IMG/VR virus record: IMGVR_UViG_3300010340_000454 | Location: 32,001-96,000 of that record | Origin: a virus | Taxonomy: Duplodnaviria; Caudoviricetes | Reading direction: 5' to 3' (one strand) | Length of the DNA stretch: 64,000 nt | Part shown: positions 19,080 to 28,890 of the stretch, piece after piece | How the letters are laid out: the number at the start of each line of letters is the position of its first letter | How positions within the stretch are numbered: position 1 is the first letter of the stretch | Notes under the pieces: generated by a model | Database searches by the model: none | Told to the model about the DNA's origin: nothing | The model's input: only the letters and a program-made list of their open reading frames with translations | Made by a program: the position numbers and the translations under genes

Positions 19080-19654
19080 GCGAAAGCATTCTTAATATGA
19101 GGCCGCAAGACCTCAAAGACCTACTTTTTATTGCGACTGTAGTAAGTGCTTCGGACCCAGAAAGAGAGGCGGAAGTACAAATTAGAATACCAAAGCGCAT
19201 GGACGCTATTCCAGACGAAGACCTTCCTTGGGCCCGTCCTAAACTACAAGGCGCGTTCTTCAAAGTTCCAGACGTGGGTGAGAAAATATATGTAGAATTC
19301 CAGCAAGGCAGCATATATCATCCAATGTACTATGCTAGGGCAATTGCTCCAAACGGCGTTAACGTTTTCTCTGACGATTACCCTAATACTTGGGGTATAT
19401 CTGACGGTAAGAACTATATCCGCATAAATAAAAACACGAACATAATGGAATTTGTTAACGACGAAGGTGTTAAGGTAACGATGGGCGCAGGTACTATGGC
19501 TGTAGACGTTCCTTCAACTTACACTCTGGATGCAGGGGATAACGTTGTTATTAACGTAGGCCTGAATGCGTCGATTACTGCATTAACCGCAGACGTTACC
19601 ACAACAGGCCCTGCTACAATTACAGGTGTCCCTATCCTACTGAACAACGGGTGA
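19076..19654 (+). CDS. Baseplate central spike (gp5 / gpV OB-fold), without a lysozyme domain
   Basis: DPE...VQIRIP...LPWARP...VPDVGEKIYVEFQQG..P motif plus a short beta-helical tail. Confidence 0.88.
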   Translation: MSESILNMRPQDLKDLLFIATVVSASDPEREAEVQIRIPKRMDAIPDEDLPWARPKLQGAFFKVPDVGEKIYVEFQQGSIYHPMYYARAIAPNGVNVFSDDYPNTWGISDGKNYIRINKNTNIMEFVNDEGVKVTMGAGTMAVDVPSTYTLDAGDNVVINVGLNASITALTADVTTTGPATITGVPILLNNG

Positions 19655-19657
19655 ACT

Positions 19658-19963
19658 ATGACAGGTATAGCTAGACTGAATGACATAGGAATTGGAGTCT
19701 GCCCAGGACACCCTGTACCAGTTCCCTTCACAGCAGTAATCATACAAGGCTGCACAATGACAATATCTGAAGGAATGCCCGTATCTAACTCAAACTCCAT
19801 ATTGATGTGTACCTGCGGCCACACCGCAATACCTACTATGTTTTCATCTAACGTAATAGCAGAAGGTGGCGGTGTCCACCGACTAGGAGACCTAGGTGTT
19901 AACAACGCAGGCGGTACTTACGTAATTTCATTAGCAGGCGCTACCGTAATAGCCGGAGGTTAA
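19658..19963 (+). CDS. PAAR-like spike tip protein
   Basis: IARLND..C..H, CGH and VHRLGD motifs; follows the spike gene. Confidence 0.8.
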   Translation: MTGIARLNDIGIGVCPGHPVPVPFTAVIIQGCTMTISEGMPVSNSNSILMCTCGHTAIPTMFSSNVIAEGGGVHRLGDLGVNNAGGTYVISLAGATVIAGG

Positions 19964-19964
19964 C

Positions 19965-20843
19965 ATGGGGGTTCACGTAGATTCTGTCATTCCTACTTGG
20001 ATAAATACGTATCACCCTACTTTTTACACTTCTCTAACAGATAAGGAGGAGTACACCTACAATACTTACCCTTCCTACAAGTCTCAGTGGATAACCGAAT
20101 TCACTAATTTAAGTACAGCAATGAATAACTGGAAAAACGTGTCTAGAGAAACCTCAGTGTCCGGTTTACTCAGTAGCATACACACTTACATCCAGCTGTA
20201 CTTAAACTTTGGAACTAGCAGCGCAGCATTAGCTTCCATGCAGGCTTACACTATCTTTAACATTAACGGTTTTATATCTTCTACACTGGCTAGGCCTATT
20301 GGTTACTACAATGATATGACCTCGGTAGCGCCTTACAACTCTGCCAAGGTAGACGCCGACATTGCCGCAATAAATACTATGGCTACAGAAACTTCTAGCA
20401 TAACCACAGCGCAGAACAACTCAAAAGCGGTGGTTACGCCTTTTGTAGCTAACGCATTATTCGTGGATGTTTCTCCTGTAGGGCCTGCGGGGGCAACTCA
20501 GGTCACATTGCCAGGCTCAGGCTACACGGATGGCATTTACACAAACATTGCTTTATCCACTGTTTCAGGAACAGGTTCCGGCGCACAAGCAGGCACTATA
20601 CAGGTGACAGGCGGAGAGGTTGTTCTATGTGTTGTAGGGGCTACCAAAGGCTCTGCCTATAAGCCAGGCACAATAGTAACCGCTGCGTTACCTGGTGGTT
20701 CTGGTTTCCAAGCCAAAATTGTTGCTGTCATTGGTGCGAGCAAACAAAACGTTGGAGAGTTTATTTTCAACAATATGAATTACAGGAAAGTGTACGAGAA
20801 CTTGAACGTAGGAAGCTTAACGTTGCCTCCGTACATTACCTAA
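19965..20843 (+). CDS. Hypothetical virion protein
   Basis: In the baseplate operon; has a GSGYTDG..GTGSGA..GSAY Gly-rich beta-repeat seen in phage structural proteins. Confidence 0.5.
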   Translation: MGVHVDSVIPTWINTYHPTFYTSLTDKEEYTYNTYPSYKSQWITEFTNLSTAMNNWKNVSRETSVSGLLSSIHTYIQLYLNFGTSSAALASMQAYTIFNINGFISSTLARPIGYYNDMTSVAPYNSAKVDADIAAINTMATETSSITTAQNNSKAVVTPFVANALFVDVSPVGPAGATQVTLPGSGYTDGIYTNIALSTVSGTGSGAQAGTIQVTGGEVVLCVVGATKGSAYKPGTIVTAALPGGSGFQAKIVAVIGASKQNVGEFIFNNMNYRKVYENLNVGSLTLPPYIT

Positions 20844-20853
20844 GAGGTAGAAT

Positions 20854-21261
20854 ATGATTCTGACATACCCTACTGCAAAGTTAGAAGGCGCTACCTATAT
20901 TGACTTAAACAATTTGCTAGGCGTTAACCTAGATCCAAACCTGATCACCGACGTTAAAGCTATTAGAGGCTCTATCTACAATATACTAATGACCCCTCTA
21001 GGTACACGCTACAGGCTTCCTGAGTTTGGTTCTGCTCTTCTATGGTTGTTGCAAGAGCCTAGAGACCTTAGTACTGCCTTTAAAATAAAAAATGCAGTGT
21101 TAACAGCAATTGACCGATGGGAGCCTAGGGTGGAAATAGATACACCTCAATCTAAAGTCGATCTGTTTGGAATGGATGGGTACTCCATGAGCCTTGTTTT
21201 TTACATGCCTAGATTCAGTCAGACAGCCTCTTTCTCAATGAACATTCGGAGACCTAACTAA
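20854..21261 (+). CDS. Baseplate wedge protein gp25-like
   Basis: I.NIL.TPLGTR..PEFGS...AIDRWEPRV motif. Confidence 0.93.
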   Translation: MILTYPTAKLEGATYIDLNNLLGVNLDPNLITDVKAIRGSIYNILMTPLGTRYRLPEFGSALLWLLQEPRDLSTAFKIKNAVLTAIDRWEPRVEIDTPQSKVDLFGMDGYSMSLVFYMPRFSQTASFSMNIRRPN

Positions 21262-23252
21262 TGACTGACCGCGTTAAGTCATTATCGACAATCCATCCAG
21301 ATTTCGACTACCTGGTAACCCAGCTCAGTAGCTACCTTAGCACTCGCCCTGTTTGGAAAGACCAACTGCGCTCGTCTACGGGCCAGTTTACGCTAGAGGT
21401 AGCAGCCGCTATTGGTGAATTAGATCAGTACTCTTTGGAACGCATCATGCAGGACGCTTTTCCGGAAACAGCAAAACTGGATAGCGCTGTATATGCTGCA
21501 ATGAAATCCTTGGGTACAAGATTAGGAAGAAAAAAGCCAGGTACTACTGTATTACCTCTGGCCGAAGTTACTACTCCTAACGGCCCTCCTGTTGGGTTTA
21601 CTCGTTTAAAAAGAACTACTAACGGCGCACCTCTGATTATTCCTCCAATGACGCAGTTCTCTACGTCTTTGGGTCTAATGTTCAATCGTAAAACTATTAG
21701 ATTCGACTCTGGTTCTTTTTTCGGGTATCAGGTTCCTGATTCTTCTATAGGAAAAGAAGCGATTGAGTTATACGAGGGTAGAGTAGAGACGCGCTACTTC
21801 TCTATGACAGGCGAAGATTTTGCCTCTATCTTTTCGGGCGAAGACAACTTTGTAATTTCGGATACTGACGTTTCTATTACGCTAGGGGCTGGCGGCACCT
21901 CAGCAGGCCCTATACCAAGACAGACCGTTGGCCTGTGGAACAATAAAAATAACTTACCAGGTTGGCAAGACATTACTACCTCAGATGGCAGACTACACGT
22001 ATTGTTTGGCAGTAGCGTTTACGGTACCATACCGGCAGCCAATCAGCTAGTAATCATGTCGTATGCTGTAACGAAAGGCGCTTCTGGTGATGGCGTTTTT
22101 CCAACGTATAAAGTAGCGTGCGAGGCTTTTCCTCAAATCGACTCTTCATACGACGTATTCGTAAGTACACCTACTCTGGCAGGGCCTGTTAATATCTCTG
22201 CAACCTCTATCTCCGGAGGTGTGAATGAGGTCTCCGCTTCCCAGTATAAAAAACTTGGTTCCCAGATTTTTGCTGCTGACCAAGGCAATAGGGCAGTACA
22301 ACAACAGGATTATGCTGCGGTAGTTAAGAGTTTCACCGGAGTATCTGACGCTTTGGTAATACCTCAGAGGGATCTAGACCCTAGCGACCTTAGATTTATG
22401 AATGTGGCAAAGATTGTTACGTATCCTAAAAATATGAACAATGCCGCATTCCAGCAGCTACTATCCTACGTAAATGCTCGTTCTATGATGAGCATGAATT
22501 TTTACAGGGAAGAACTCCCAGGAGGGGATCCGTTAGAGCCTTACATAAGACTAGTAGATTTAAAACTTAACGTGTACTGCGCCCAGAACGCCGACCTAGT
22601 TGGCATTAGAGACAACTACGTAGTACCTGCTATCCTTGGTCTTTTAGATAGGCAATGGACCGCGCTTAACCCGCGCCCGTCAGGCTCCTCGAAGATTAAC
22701 AGAAAAATAACAGTGTCGGACTTCACCACTGTTATAAAGAATGCTCACCCTAGCATAGACTATATTGTTTTGACGGAACCTAGCACAGATGTTTTGGCTA
22801 AGGTAGAAGCCCCTCTACCGACCCTAACCTTACTGAATACAGGATTAGGAACGTTCGGGAGTTTAGCTCAATTCTACTCCATTACAATAATAACTCCTAC
22901 AGGAGAAACTCTGCCTTCTCCTCCTGTCAGCATTTTCCTGGATGATTTAACAGACGAGGTTTCTATATCTGTAGACTTGCCTAGCAACTACATGAACACC
23001 TGGCTTGTCTTTAGAGTTTATAGAGGGCCTACTATTGATACTATGGCCCTAGTTAATCCTGCTCTAATTTCATGGAGCTACTCAGGAAATACAGGCACTG
23101 TACAGGATTCTGGCGTAGCGCTTACGGCAGCCACTCCACCTACTACTGATACTACAGGTGAATGGGTTATTAACTTGCCTAACAATTGGTCGCCTGTAGA
23201 TAAGGTATTTATGTTTAATTCTGAGCGCACACTAAGACTGCCTGGGACTTAA
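21261..23252 (+). CDS. Baseplate wedge protein gp6 / J-like
   Basis: FPETAKLDS, FG....G..P, Y..TKGASG, GG.NE and RAV..QDY motifs. Confidence 0.88.
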   Translation: MTDRVKSLSTIHPDFDYLVTQLSSYLSTRPVWKDQLRSSTGQFTLEVAAAIGELDQYSLERIMQDAFPETAKLDSAVYAAMKSLGTRLGRKKPGTTVLPLAEVTTPNGPPVGFTRLKRTTNGAPLIIPPMTQFSTSLGLMFNRKTIRFDSGSFFGYQVPDSSIGKEAIELYEGRVETRYFSMTGEDFASIFSGEDNFVISDTDVSITLGAGGTSAGPIPRQTVGLWNNKNNLPGWQDITTSDGRLHVLFGSSVYGTIPAANQLVIMSYAVTKGASGDGVFPTYKVACEAFPQIDSSYDVFVSTPTLAGPVNISATSISGGVNEVSASQYKKLGSQIFAADQGNRAVQQQDYAAVVKSFTGVSDALVIPQRDLDPSDLRFMNVAKIVTYPKNMNNAAFQQLLSYVNARSMMSMNFYREELPGGDPLEPYIRLVDLKLNVYCAQNADLVGIRDNYVVPAILGLLDRQWTALNPRPSGSSKINRKITVSDFTTVIKNAHPSIDYIVLTEPSTDVLAKVEAPLPTLTLLNTGLGTFGSLAQFYSITIITPTGETLPSPPVSIFLDDLTDEVSISVDLPSNYMNTWLVFRVYRGPTIDTMALVNPALISWSYSGNTGTVQDSGVALTAATPPTTDTTGEWVINLPNNWSPVDKVFMFNSERTLRLPGT

Positions 23253-23254
23253 TT

Positions 23255-24568
23255 ATGGCTAGATATAAGCTTATGCCTCCAAACTTCCAGGACTTAGAGT
23301 TCTGGAAGGAGTTCTGTGATGCTATCGACTACGTTTGGAAAAATGAAGTAGATAATCCTCAAAAGGCTTTCAGGCTGTTGCGTGACACCTATGCAATGAC
23401 CTTTGTGCCTTATGGCGAAAGCCCCGATAGCAGCTACCCAAATAACGAGTACGACCCATTAGAAGGCACAAAAGTATTCGATATTAACAATTTTTTCGAC
23501 TTCTCTAGGCAAGCAGAATCCGCAGAGTTTACGCTGGCTTCTCCAGAAAGTGTTATAAATTTAGCGTCTTACGGTGCCACTAACGTACAAACAGGTTACC
23601 CACAAACATTAGTAATTGTGTATAAGTGGAATGGGTCAAAGTGGTCTCAAATACCTCCTAGCCAATACGTTGCTACCTCACCGATAGAATTAACTTTTAG
23701 CTATGTTTTACCCTCAGGTACAAAGCTAAAGCTTGTAGAACGAATCTCTTCTCCAGAATTATCCTCACAGCTTAGGTATTTAGGGTTTCAATTTCCTAAT
23801 ACTGAATTTATTTCTAGGGCGTCTAGTGTATTAAAGTCACCCGCTTTGCAGGTTCTAGCATCCAATTATGGCAATTACTTAGCAGCTACTAAAGGAACGC
23901 CCCAGTTTTTTGATTTCTTTGGATTTTGCCTAGCTTCCGAATTTAGTGTTCGTAGGTTATGGGCTGAAGTTCCATACGCGCCTGCTTCAGTAAGCTATCA
24001 GGCTCAAGGCGCTCCTTATAAATACGATACTTCGCTAACGTTTAAAAAAGTGGTTAACCCTCCGAGTGTTCCACAAAACGGCATAACGCTGTCTACAAAT
24101 ATAAGTATTGATATTTACCCTTACACAAAGTCTAATGTAGACCTTTACATAAAAGGCCCTACTGAAACCAGCTACACACTTGTTCCTGTTTCTGACTACG
24201 ATCCAACGCCGGGCATTGCTAGCTCTTTTAACGTACTAAATTTCGGATCACCCCTAGCCATAGGTACTGAAATACTTATAATGTATAAACGCTCTAAAAT
24301 ACCTTACGGCATTCTCAGAGAAGAAGGTGATCCACTTATAGGAACTCCTGTGTGGGCAGGTGGCAATTGGTTTCCTACTTCCCATGTTAACCTTAGGTAC
24401 AACTTGCTTAAATACGGTGGAAGCTTGGATAGCAATGAAATACGAAAGTTTTTTGATTACGTTGCTAACCTAAACTTGGTGCTAGACTCCGTGATCCTGA
24501 GTGAGTCCGGCTCTATAGCCCCAGCCAACGTAGGCCTAGCCGCAAAAATGAAAATTACGCAGTTGTAA
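23255..24568 (+). CDS. Baseplate wedge protein (gp7 / I-like)
   Basis: Follows gp6; LGF and KGT motifs. Confidence 0.6.
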   Translation: MARYKLMPPNFQDLEFWKEFCDAIDYVWKNEVDNPQKAFRLLRDTYAMTFVPYGESPDSSYPNNEYDPLEGTKVFDINNFFDFSRQAESAEFTLASPESVINLASYGATNVQTGYPQTLVIVYKWNGSKWSQIPPSQYVATSPIELTFSYVLPSGTKLKLVERISSPELSSQLRYLGFQFPNTEFISRASSVLKSPALQVLASNYGNYLAATKGTPQFFDFFGFCLASEFSVRRLWAEVPYAPASVSYQAQGAPYKYDTSLTFKKVVNPPSVPQNGITLSTNISIDIYPYTKSNVDLYIKGPTETSYTLVPVSDYDPTPGIASSFNVLNFGSPLAIGTEILIMYKRSKIPYGILREEGDPLIGTPVWAGGNWFPTSHVNLRYNLLKYGGSLDSNEIRKFFDYVANLNLVLDSVILSESGSIAPANVGLAAKMKITQL

Positions 24569-24588
24569 CGCTGCATAGAGAGGACAAC

Positions 24589-27282
24589 ATGATTTTCTAC
24601 ACAACTGACATAGGTATTCAAGCAGCAATTGATTTTGGCACGGGAGGGCCTGCTGTAAATTTAACGCATTTTCGAGTAGGTGCCGACTACGGATATGCGT
24701 TGCCCGCACCCGTACTACCTAGTAATACTCCTAACGGAACTTCAACTACTTCCATTAGCCCACCCGGCCTAGGTTTAGCAGGCGAGCTACCTATAATTGG
24801 GTATCGCGAAGTTGCTCCTGACACCGTAGAATATACGCTACGCATGGATGCAAACATAGGTACGTTTGACTTTGGCAATATTGGAATATATATGAGTACA
24901 GGCCAGCTATTCGCTATAGCTGTATTAGACGCTCCTGTACGCAAAGAAATTTTTGGCCCAGGTACCGCAGGTAACGTTGTAGAATTTGTTGTTCGCTTGG
25001 TGTTTGGCGGAGCTACTGTAACTATTGATTACGTAATTAACCCTGTTGTTAACGCTAACCTGCTAGAAGTTTCTTCTGTGGATCTTCTTACTACGCCTAC
25101 CCTAGCAGACTCGAACGCGTACTCGGTTAAAGGCTCTCTAGTTAACCCGATAGGCTTGACTGATAACTCTAACGCTTTTATAGCTTACAGCAAGGATAAC
25201 ACCTTCTGGAACTTTACCGAATACTCTAAGGTAATGTACACTGGTACTGTTACTACTTCTACCATTACGTCCCTGTCTGACTCCTCATTACCTGCGCTCC
25301 CTTGGGTTGCGGGGCGCTACCTAGTACAATTCACCTCTGGGGCGCACGCAGGCATTGTACGCGCAGTTACCGCAAGTCCAGCAGGAAGCTTAACTTGGCA
25401 TACGTCGACGGGTAGTCCTGTTGCAGCAGGCACTTCTTACGTGGTGTTGTGCTCCGATTACTTTGCTCGTAGCCTAGAAACATACCCAGAAGTAAACGAT
25501 TTGGCATTATTGCCTGTTGCTGAGGCCACTGCATCCAGAACCTATAGACTTACAAGGAATGAAGGCTTAGCTTCTAGCGGTGTAAATAGCTATTTGGTAT
25601 CTGCTGCTAAACTAAACTACGACAGTAAAGCCTATCAAAATAACGAGTGGATTCCTACCTCGCATAGCCTAGTTTGGTCCGCGAACGCTTTAAAGGTGCA
25701 GTCTGCTTCTGGTGGTGGGTTTACCTCCGATACTACTCATGTAGTTGTAGCACTACCCGTAACTACCCCACTGGCTTCTGCCTCTATACCATCTCCATAT
25801 AATAGCCTAGTTATAAGTTTTTTTGAATCAGGCGACAGCAACCAAGGCCTAATTCGTAACGTTACCAATGTATCTTCTAATGTGTCAGGCGGCACAGAAT
25901 ACGTAGAGTTTACTTTGAGCCAGCCTATACCAAACACACCTGGCGTTGGGGCTAGGTTTAAGTTGTGGTCACCTTCAGGTATAGGCGGGGGCGGATCTGG
26001 TGGAGGCGGTAGCGGTACAGGACAGAACGATTTTCACGAAGGGACTGCTACTGATTCCGGCGATGGTTTCCAATACATAATCGGTACAGGTACAGTCAGT
26101 GCCGCTAGCTGCCTTATGTTTGCCTCACCTGGCTACATACCAGAATCGTTATACACAGTAACAGGCACCAATCAAATCACACTTAGCGCAGGTAACGGTC
26201 TTCCGGTAGGCACTAAATACCAGTTTGTAGAACGCACTATATACGGAATACCTGGAGGTAATAGCAATCAGGTATTAGCAAAGCTCAGTAACGCTGACTA
26301 TGACTACGGTTGGGTTACATTAGCCCAGTCTACGCCTATGACTCAAGTTATACTCCGTTATCAAGGATCTTCTACTACGTTAAGGATGTTTCCAGTCCTA
26401 GGTGGTCAGATAGTTATTAACGGTACCGCATACCCTGTACCAGCATCCGTATCCTTAAACATTAGCGCCATGCCTATCAATGAACTTAGACTCGTTTACG
26501 CTTACTGGACAGGAACTAACCTCGCGTTAGAAATTTCTACCACGGACTACGCGATAGGTCCATTTAATACTATTAAGGCAGGTGATCCTACCAGAACCCT
26601 AGTGGGATTAGTAATTAAAACAGGCGCTACTACTGGAGCTACTCGCTCTTACTGGTGGGATAATTTAAACCAGTACAGTGGTTCAACTCTTCTTGACAGA
26701 AGGCCTTATAATAGAAGCTGGCTAACCGCACATCAGAATTGTTTGGTTACTGGAACAAACTCTGACGCTAACCTTGCGAATGGTGCTGCTCAAGTACCTA
26801 ACTTTGCAATGCTGCCTGTACTTCTATTTAAGAACGAACCCTTTAGAGTTAAGACCCGTATGCTATTTGGGTATGGCACTTACTCTGGAGGCGGTTATTT
26901 CGGTCGTATGGGAGTCGTTGACGCCTTACAGTCTAATCTTCTAGCTAGCTGGGCCTACGGAGACTCTGCAGGGGCAGGAGATGATAGGTTACCTAATGTT
27001 TACGTAAACGAAAGCTTCACCTATGATACGGGATCCTCTTTTAGTCAAGCTATGCTGTTAAGGCTTCACGCCTTTGCCTCGTCAGACCCTGACTCAGGAA
27101 ATAGAAGTATCATGTTTGCCACTGCGGACTATGGGTATCCGTTTTCACCAATGTCTGCGGGCTCCACCGTTGGGGCAGGCAGCTACGTAACACGTAGCCT
27201 TAATTCAAACCTGATGTTGGATTACTACACACAGATCCAGATAGAATATATAGGCTTCCCTAATTATTCGCACAACTTGTAA
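24589..27282 (+). CDS. Tail fibre protein with baseplate-attachment N-domain
   Basis: TDIGI..THFRVG..F.FGNIGIY...LFAIA collar-type N-domain, a poly-Gly linker and a GGNSNQVLAK..DYDYGW fibre motif. Confidence 0.75.
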   Translation: MIFYTTDIGIQAAIDFGTGGPAVNLTHFRVGADYGYALPAPVLPSNTPNGTSTTSISPPGLGLAGELPIIGYREVAPDTVEYTLRMDANIGTFDFGNIGIYMSTGQLFAIAVLDAPVRKEIFGPGTAGNVVEFVVRLVFGGATVTIDYVINPVVNANLLEVSSVDLLTTPTLADSNAYSVKGSLVNPIGLTDNSNAFIAYSKDNTFWNFTEYSKVMYTGTVTTSTITSLSDSSLPALPWVAGRYLVQFTSGAHAGIVRAVTASPAGSLTWHTSTGSPVAAGTSYVVLCSDYFARSLETYPEVNDLALLPVAEATASRTYRLTRNEGLASSGVNSYLVSAAKLNYDSKAYQNNEWIPTSHSLVWSANALKVQSASGGGFTSDTTHVVVALPVTTPLASASIPSPYNSLVISFFESGDSNQGLIRNVTNVSSNVSGGTEYVEFTLSQPIPNTPGVGARFKLWSPSGIGGGGSGGGGSGTGQNDFHEGTATDSGDGFQYIIGTGTVSAASCLMFASPGYIPESLYTVTGTNQITLSAGNGLPVGTKYQFVERTIYGIPGGNSNQVLAKLSNADYDYGWVTLAQSTPMTQVILRYQGSSTTLRMFPVLGGQIVINGTAYPVPASVSLNISAMPINELRLVYAYWTGTNLALEISTTDYAIGPFNTIKAGDPTRTLVGLVIKTGATTGATRSYWWDNLNQYSGSTLLDRRPYNRSWLTAHQNCLVTGTNSDANLANGAAQVPNFAMLPVLLFKNEPFRVKTRMLFGYGTYSGGGYFGRMGVVDALQSNLLASWAYGDSAGAGDDRLPNVYVNESFTYDTGSSFSQAMLLRLHAFASSDPDSGNRSIMFATADYGYPFSPMSAGSTVGAGSYVTRSLNSNLMLDYYTQIQIEYIGFPNYSHNL

Positions 27283-27294
27283 TAGGAGATTATT

Positions 27295-28125
27295 ATGTTC
27301 CAACGACTGATTAAACTTATGGGAGGAGTGCCTACTCCATCTGCGTCAGGAAGGGTACTTCGCAGTTCTGGGACAGGTGGCGAGGACTACACGTGGAGTG
27401 ACCTAGATGCAGCAGACGTTAAGACAGGCACATTTGATATTGCTAGGATTCCTATTGCAGCTTTAGAGCGTTTGGTTGTAGTAGCAGACCAACCAGCTAG
27501 ATACGCCCTTACTACTGCATCCGTACAAAATGGTGATACGGTACTTCAAGTATCTCCTAATAACGAAATGTACTTCGTTGCAGATGACACCAACCTAGGC
27601 AATTCTGCTGGTTACCAAATGTATAATGCTACCGCAGTATGGTCTTCTGTACTTAATAAGCCTGTGCCTATAACAGATATTGCCGCAATCACGTCGCCTT
27701 CCGCGGACGATGTTATTCAGTATGTTGGTGGAGTGTGGACCAAACGAAGTATTTCCCAATTAAAAACTTCGTTAGCACTTAACCAAGTTGACATTGCCTT
27801 AGGTACTACAACAGTGTCTAGCGTATCTGGTGTGGTTACAATAGATACCGCAGCCTTAACCAATCATTATCAACTTACGCTTACAGAAAACGTTACGTCT
27901 TGGGTGTTTAACAATTTACCTAGTGCAGGTTACTACAGGGATATTTACGTTCATGTAATTCAGGGACCGGCTACGGATAGAACGGTAGTAAGTCCAGCAA
28001 CAGCAGGTAGAACAGCAGGGGGTGCCTGGGTAGTTAGTGCTACATTGTCCTCTAGAGAAACTCTCCGCCTTCGTATCTTTTCAGATGGTACTGTGCACCT
28101 ATTTCCTAGTGGGGTGATGGGATGA
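27295..28125 (+). CDS. Tail-fibre-associated protein
   Basis: DVKTGTFDIARIP fibre motif; C-terminal domain paralogous to that of 2730..3716. Confidence 0.6.
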   Translation: MFQRLIKLMGGVPTPSASGRVLRSSGTGGEDYTWSDLDAADVKTGTFDIARIPIAALERLVVVADQPARYALTTASVQNGDTVLQVSPNNEMYFVADDTNLGNSAGYQMYNATAVWSSVLNKPVPITDIAAITSPSADDVIQYVGGVWTKRSISQLKTSLALNQVDIALGTTTVSSVSGVVTIDTAALTNHYQLTLTENVTSWVFNNLPSAGYYRDIYVHVIQGPATDRTVVSPATAGRTAGGAWVVSATLSSRETLRLRIFSDGTVHLFPSGVMG

Positions 28126-28341
28126 GTATGATGAACATACTAGGGGCTTCCGAAGCCTTCATGGGGTATGCTAGAGAACTTATTTAATTCCTAGTCCTAC
28201 TTCACCTTTCTTAGTGTTAACAACATAAAATTTAATCGAATGCGGGATCATGTACAACCTAATGGGAACCTAGTGTTGGAGCACCCCGGTAACCTAAATA
28301 ACCATAAAGTATGGGCAGACTTTTCCTTTTCTATTACCTAA
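28122..28341 (+). pseudogene. Possible relic of a deleted fibre gene
   Basis: An ATGA-coupled 21-codon ORF is followed by an out-of-frame fragment ending VQPNGNLVLEHPGNLNNHKVWADFSFSIT*, which resembles fibre C-termini. Confidence 0.3.
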
Positions 28342-28351
28342 GAGGTGCTGT

Positions 28352-28768
28352 ATGCAGGAGTTATCTGCAACAAAAACGAAAGATGAAATGTACCAGTACC
28401 TTAGAGATTCTTGGAGATTTCAAGTTCAACAAGGTAAAAAGTATGGAAGATTTCCTCAAATTAAGCCATCTAAAATCTATGTAGCCTTATTTGGAGCTTT
28501 GCCTTATTCTAAGGAAAATAAGGCATTACTGAAACAACTAGACTCGGAATTTGACTCCAAGCACGCGGAAGATTATCAGTTTGTTTTTAAATATAAAAGC
28601 GGAACTTACAGCGTACTAATTACTAACGTTTCCAACTACGAGGAAGCATTAAAGAAGGCGCTAGGTGCTTTGGTAAAAAAGTCTAACTTAGGTATACCCT
28701 CGTATCCACTAGCTAAACACCTAATGAATACGGGCGAACTAACTATGGATTTTACTAACATACAGTGA
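28352..28768 (+). CDS. Hypothetical protein
   Basis: GAGGT RBS; followed by a terminator. Confidence 0.65.
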   Translation: MQELSATKTKDEMYQYLRDSWRFQVQQGKKYGRFPQIKPSKIYVALFGALPYSKENKALLKQLDSEFDSKHAEDYQFVFKYKSGTYSVLITNVSNYEEALKKALGALVKKSNLGIPSYPLAKHLMNTGELTMDFTNIQ

Positions 28769-28778
28769 CTAACTACCT

Positions 28779-28808
28779 AAAGGCTCCTTAATGGGGCCTT
28801 TGTCATTT
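28779..28808 (+). terminator. Rho-independent terminator
   Basis: AAAGGCTCC-ttaat-GGGGCCTTT stem followed by a T-rich tail. Confidence 0.7.
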
Positions 28809-28839
28809 GGAGACCTTAACTCTATTTAGGTACTTTTCA

Positions 28840-28849
28840 CTAATTTAAT
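28840..28849 (+). promoter_or_regulatory. Putative late-promoter motif A (CTAATTTAAT)
   Basis: Intergenic, after a terminator; same ACTAATTTAATA as at 8979. Confidence 0.55.
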
Positions 28850-28890
28850 AATAGCAATATACACTTGCAATTAACAAGAGGTTAACTCAA

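Noticed and set aside
9250-27282. Bacterial contractile injection system or tailocin
   Set aside because: Terminase, portal, prohead protease and replication genes show this is a complete phage.
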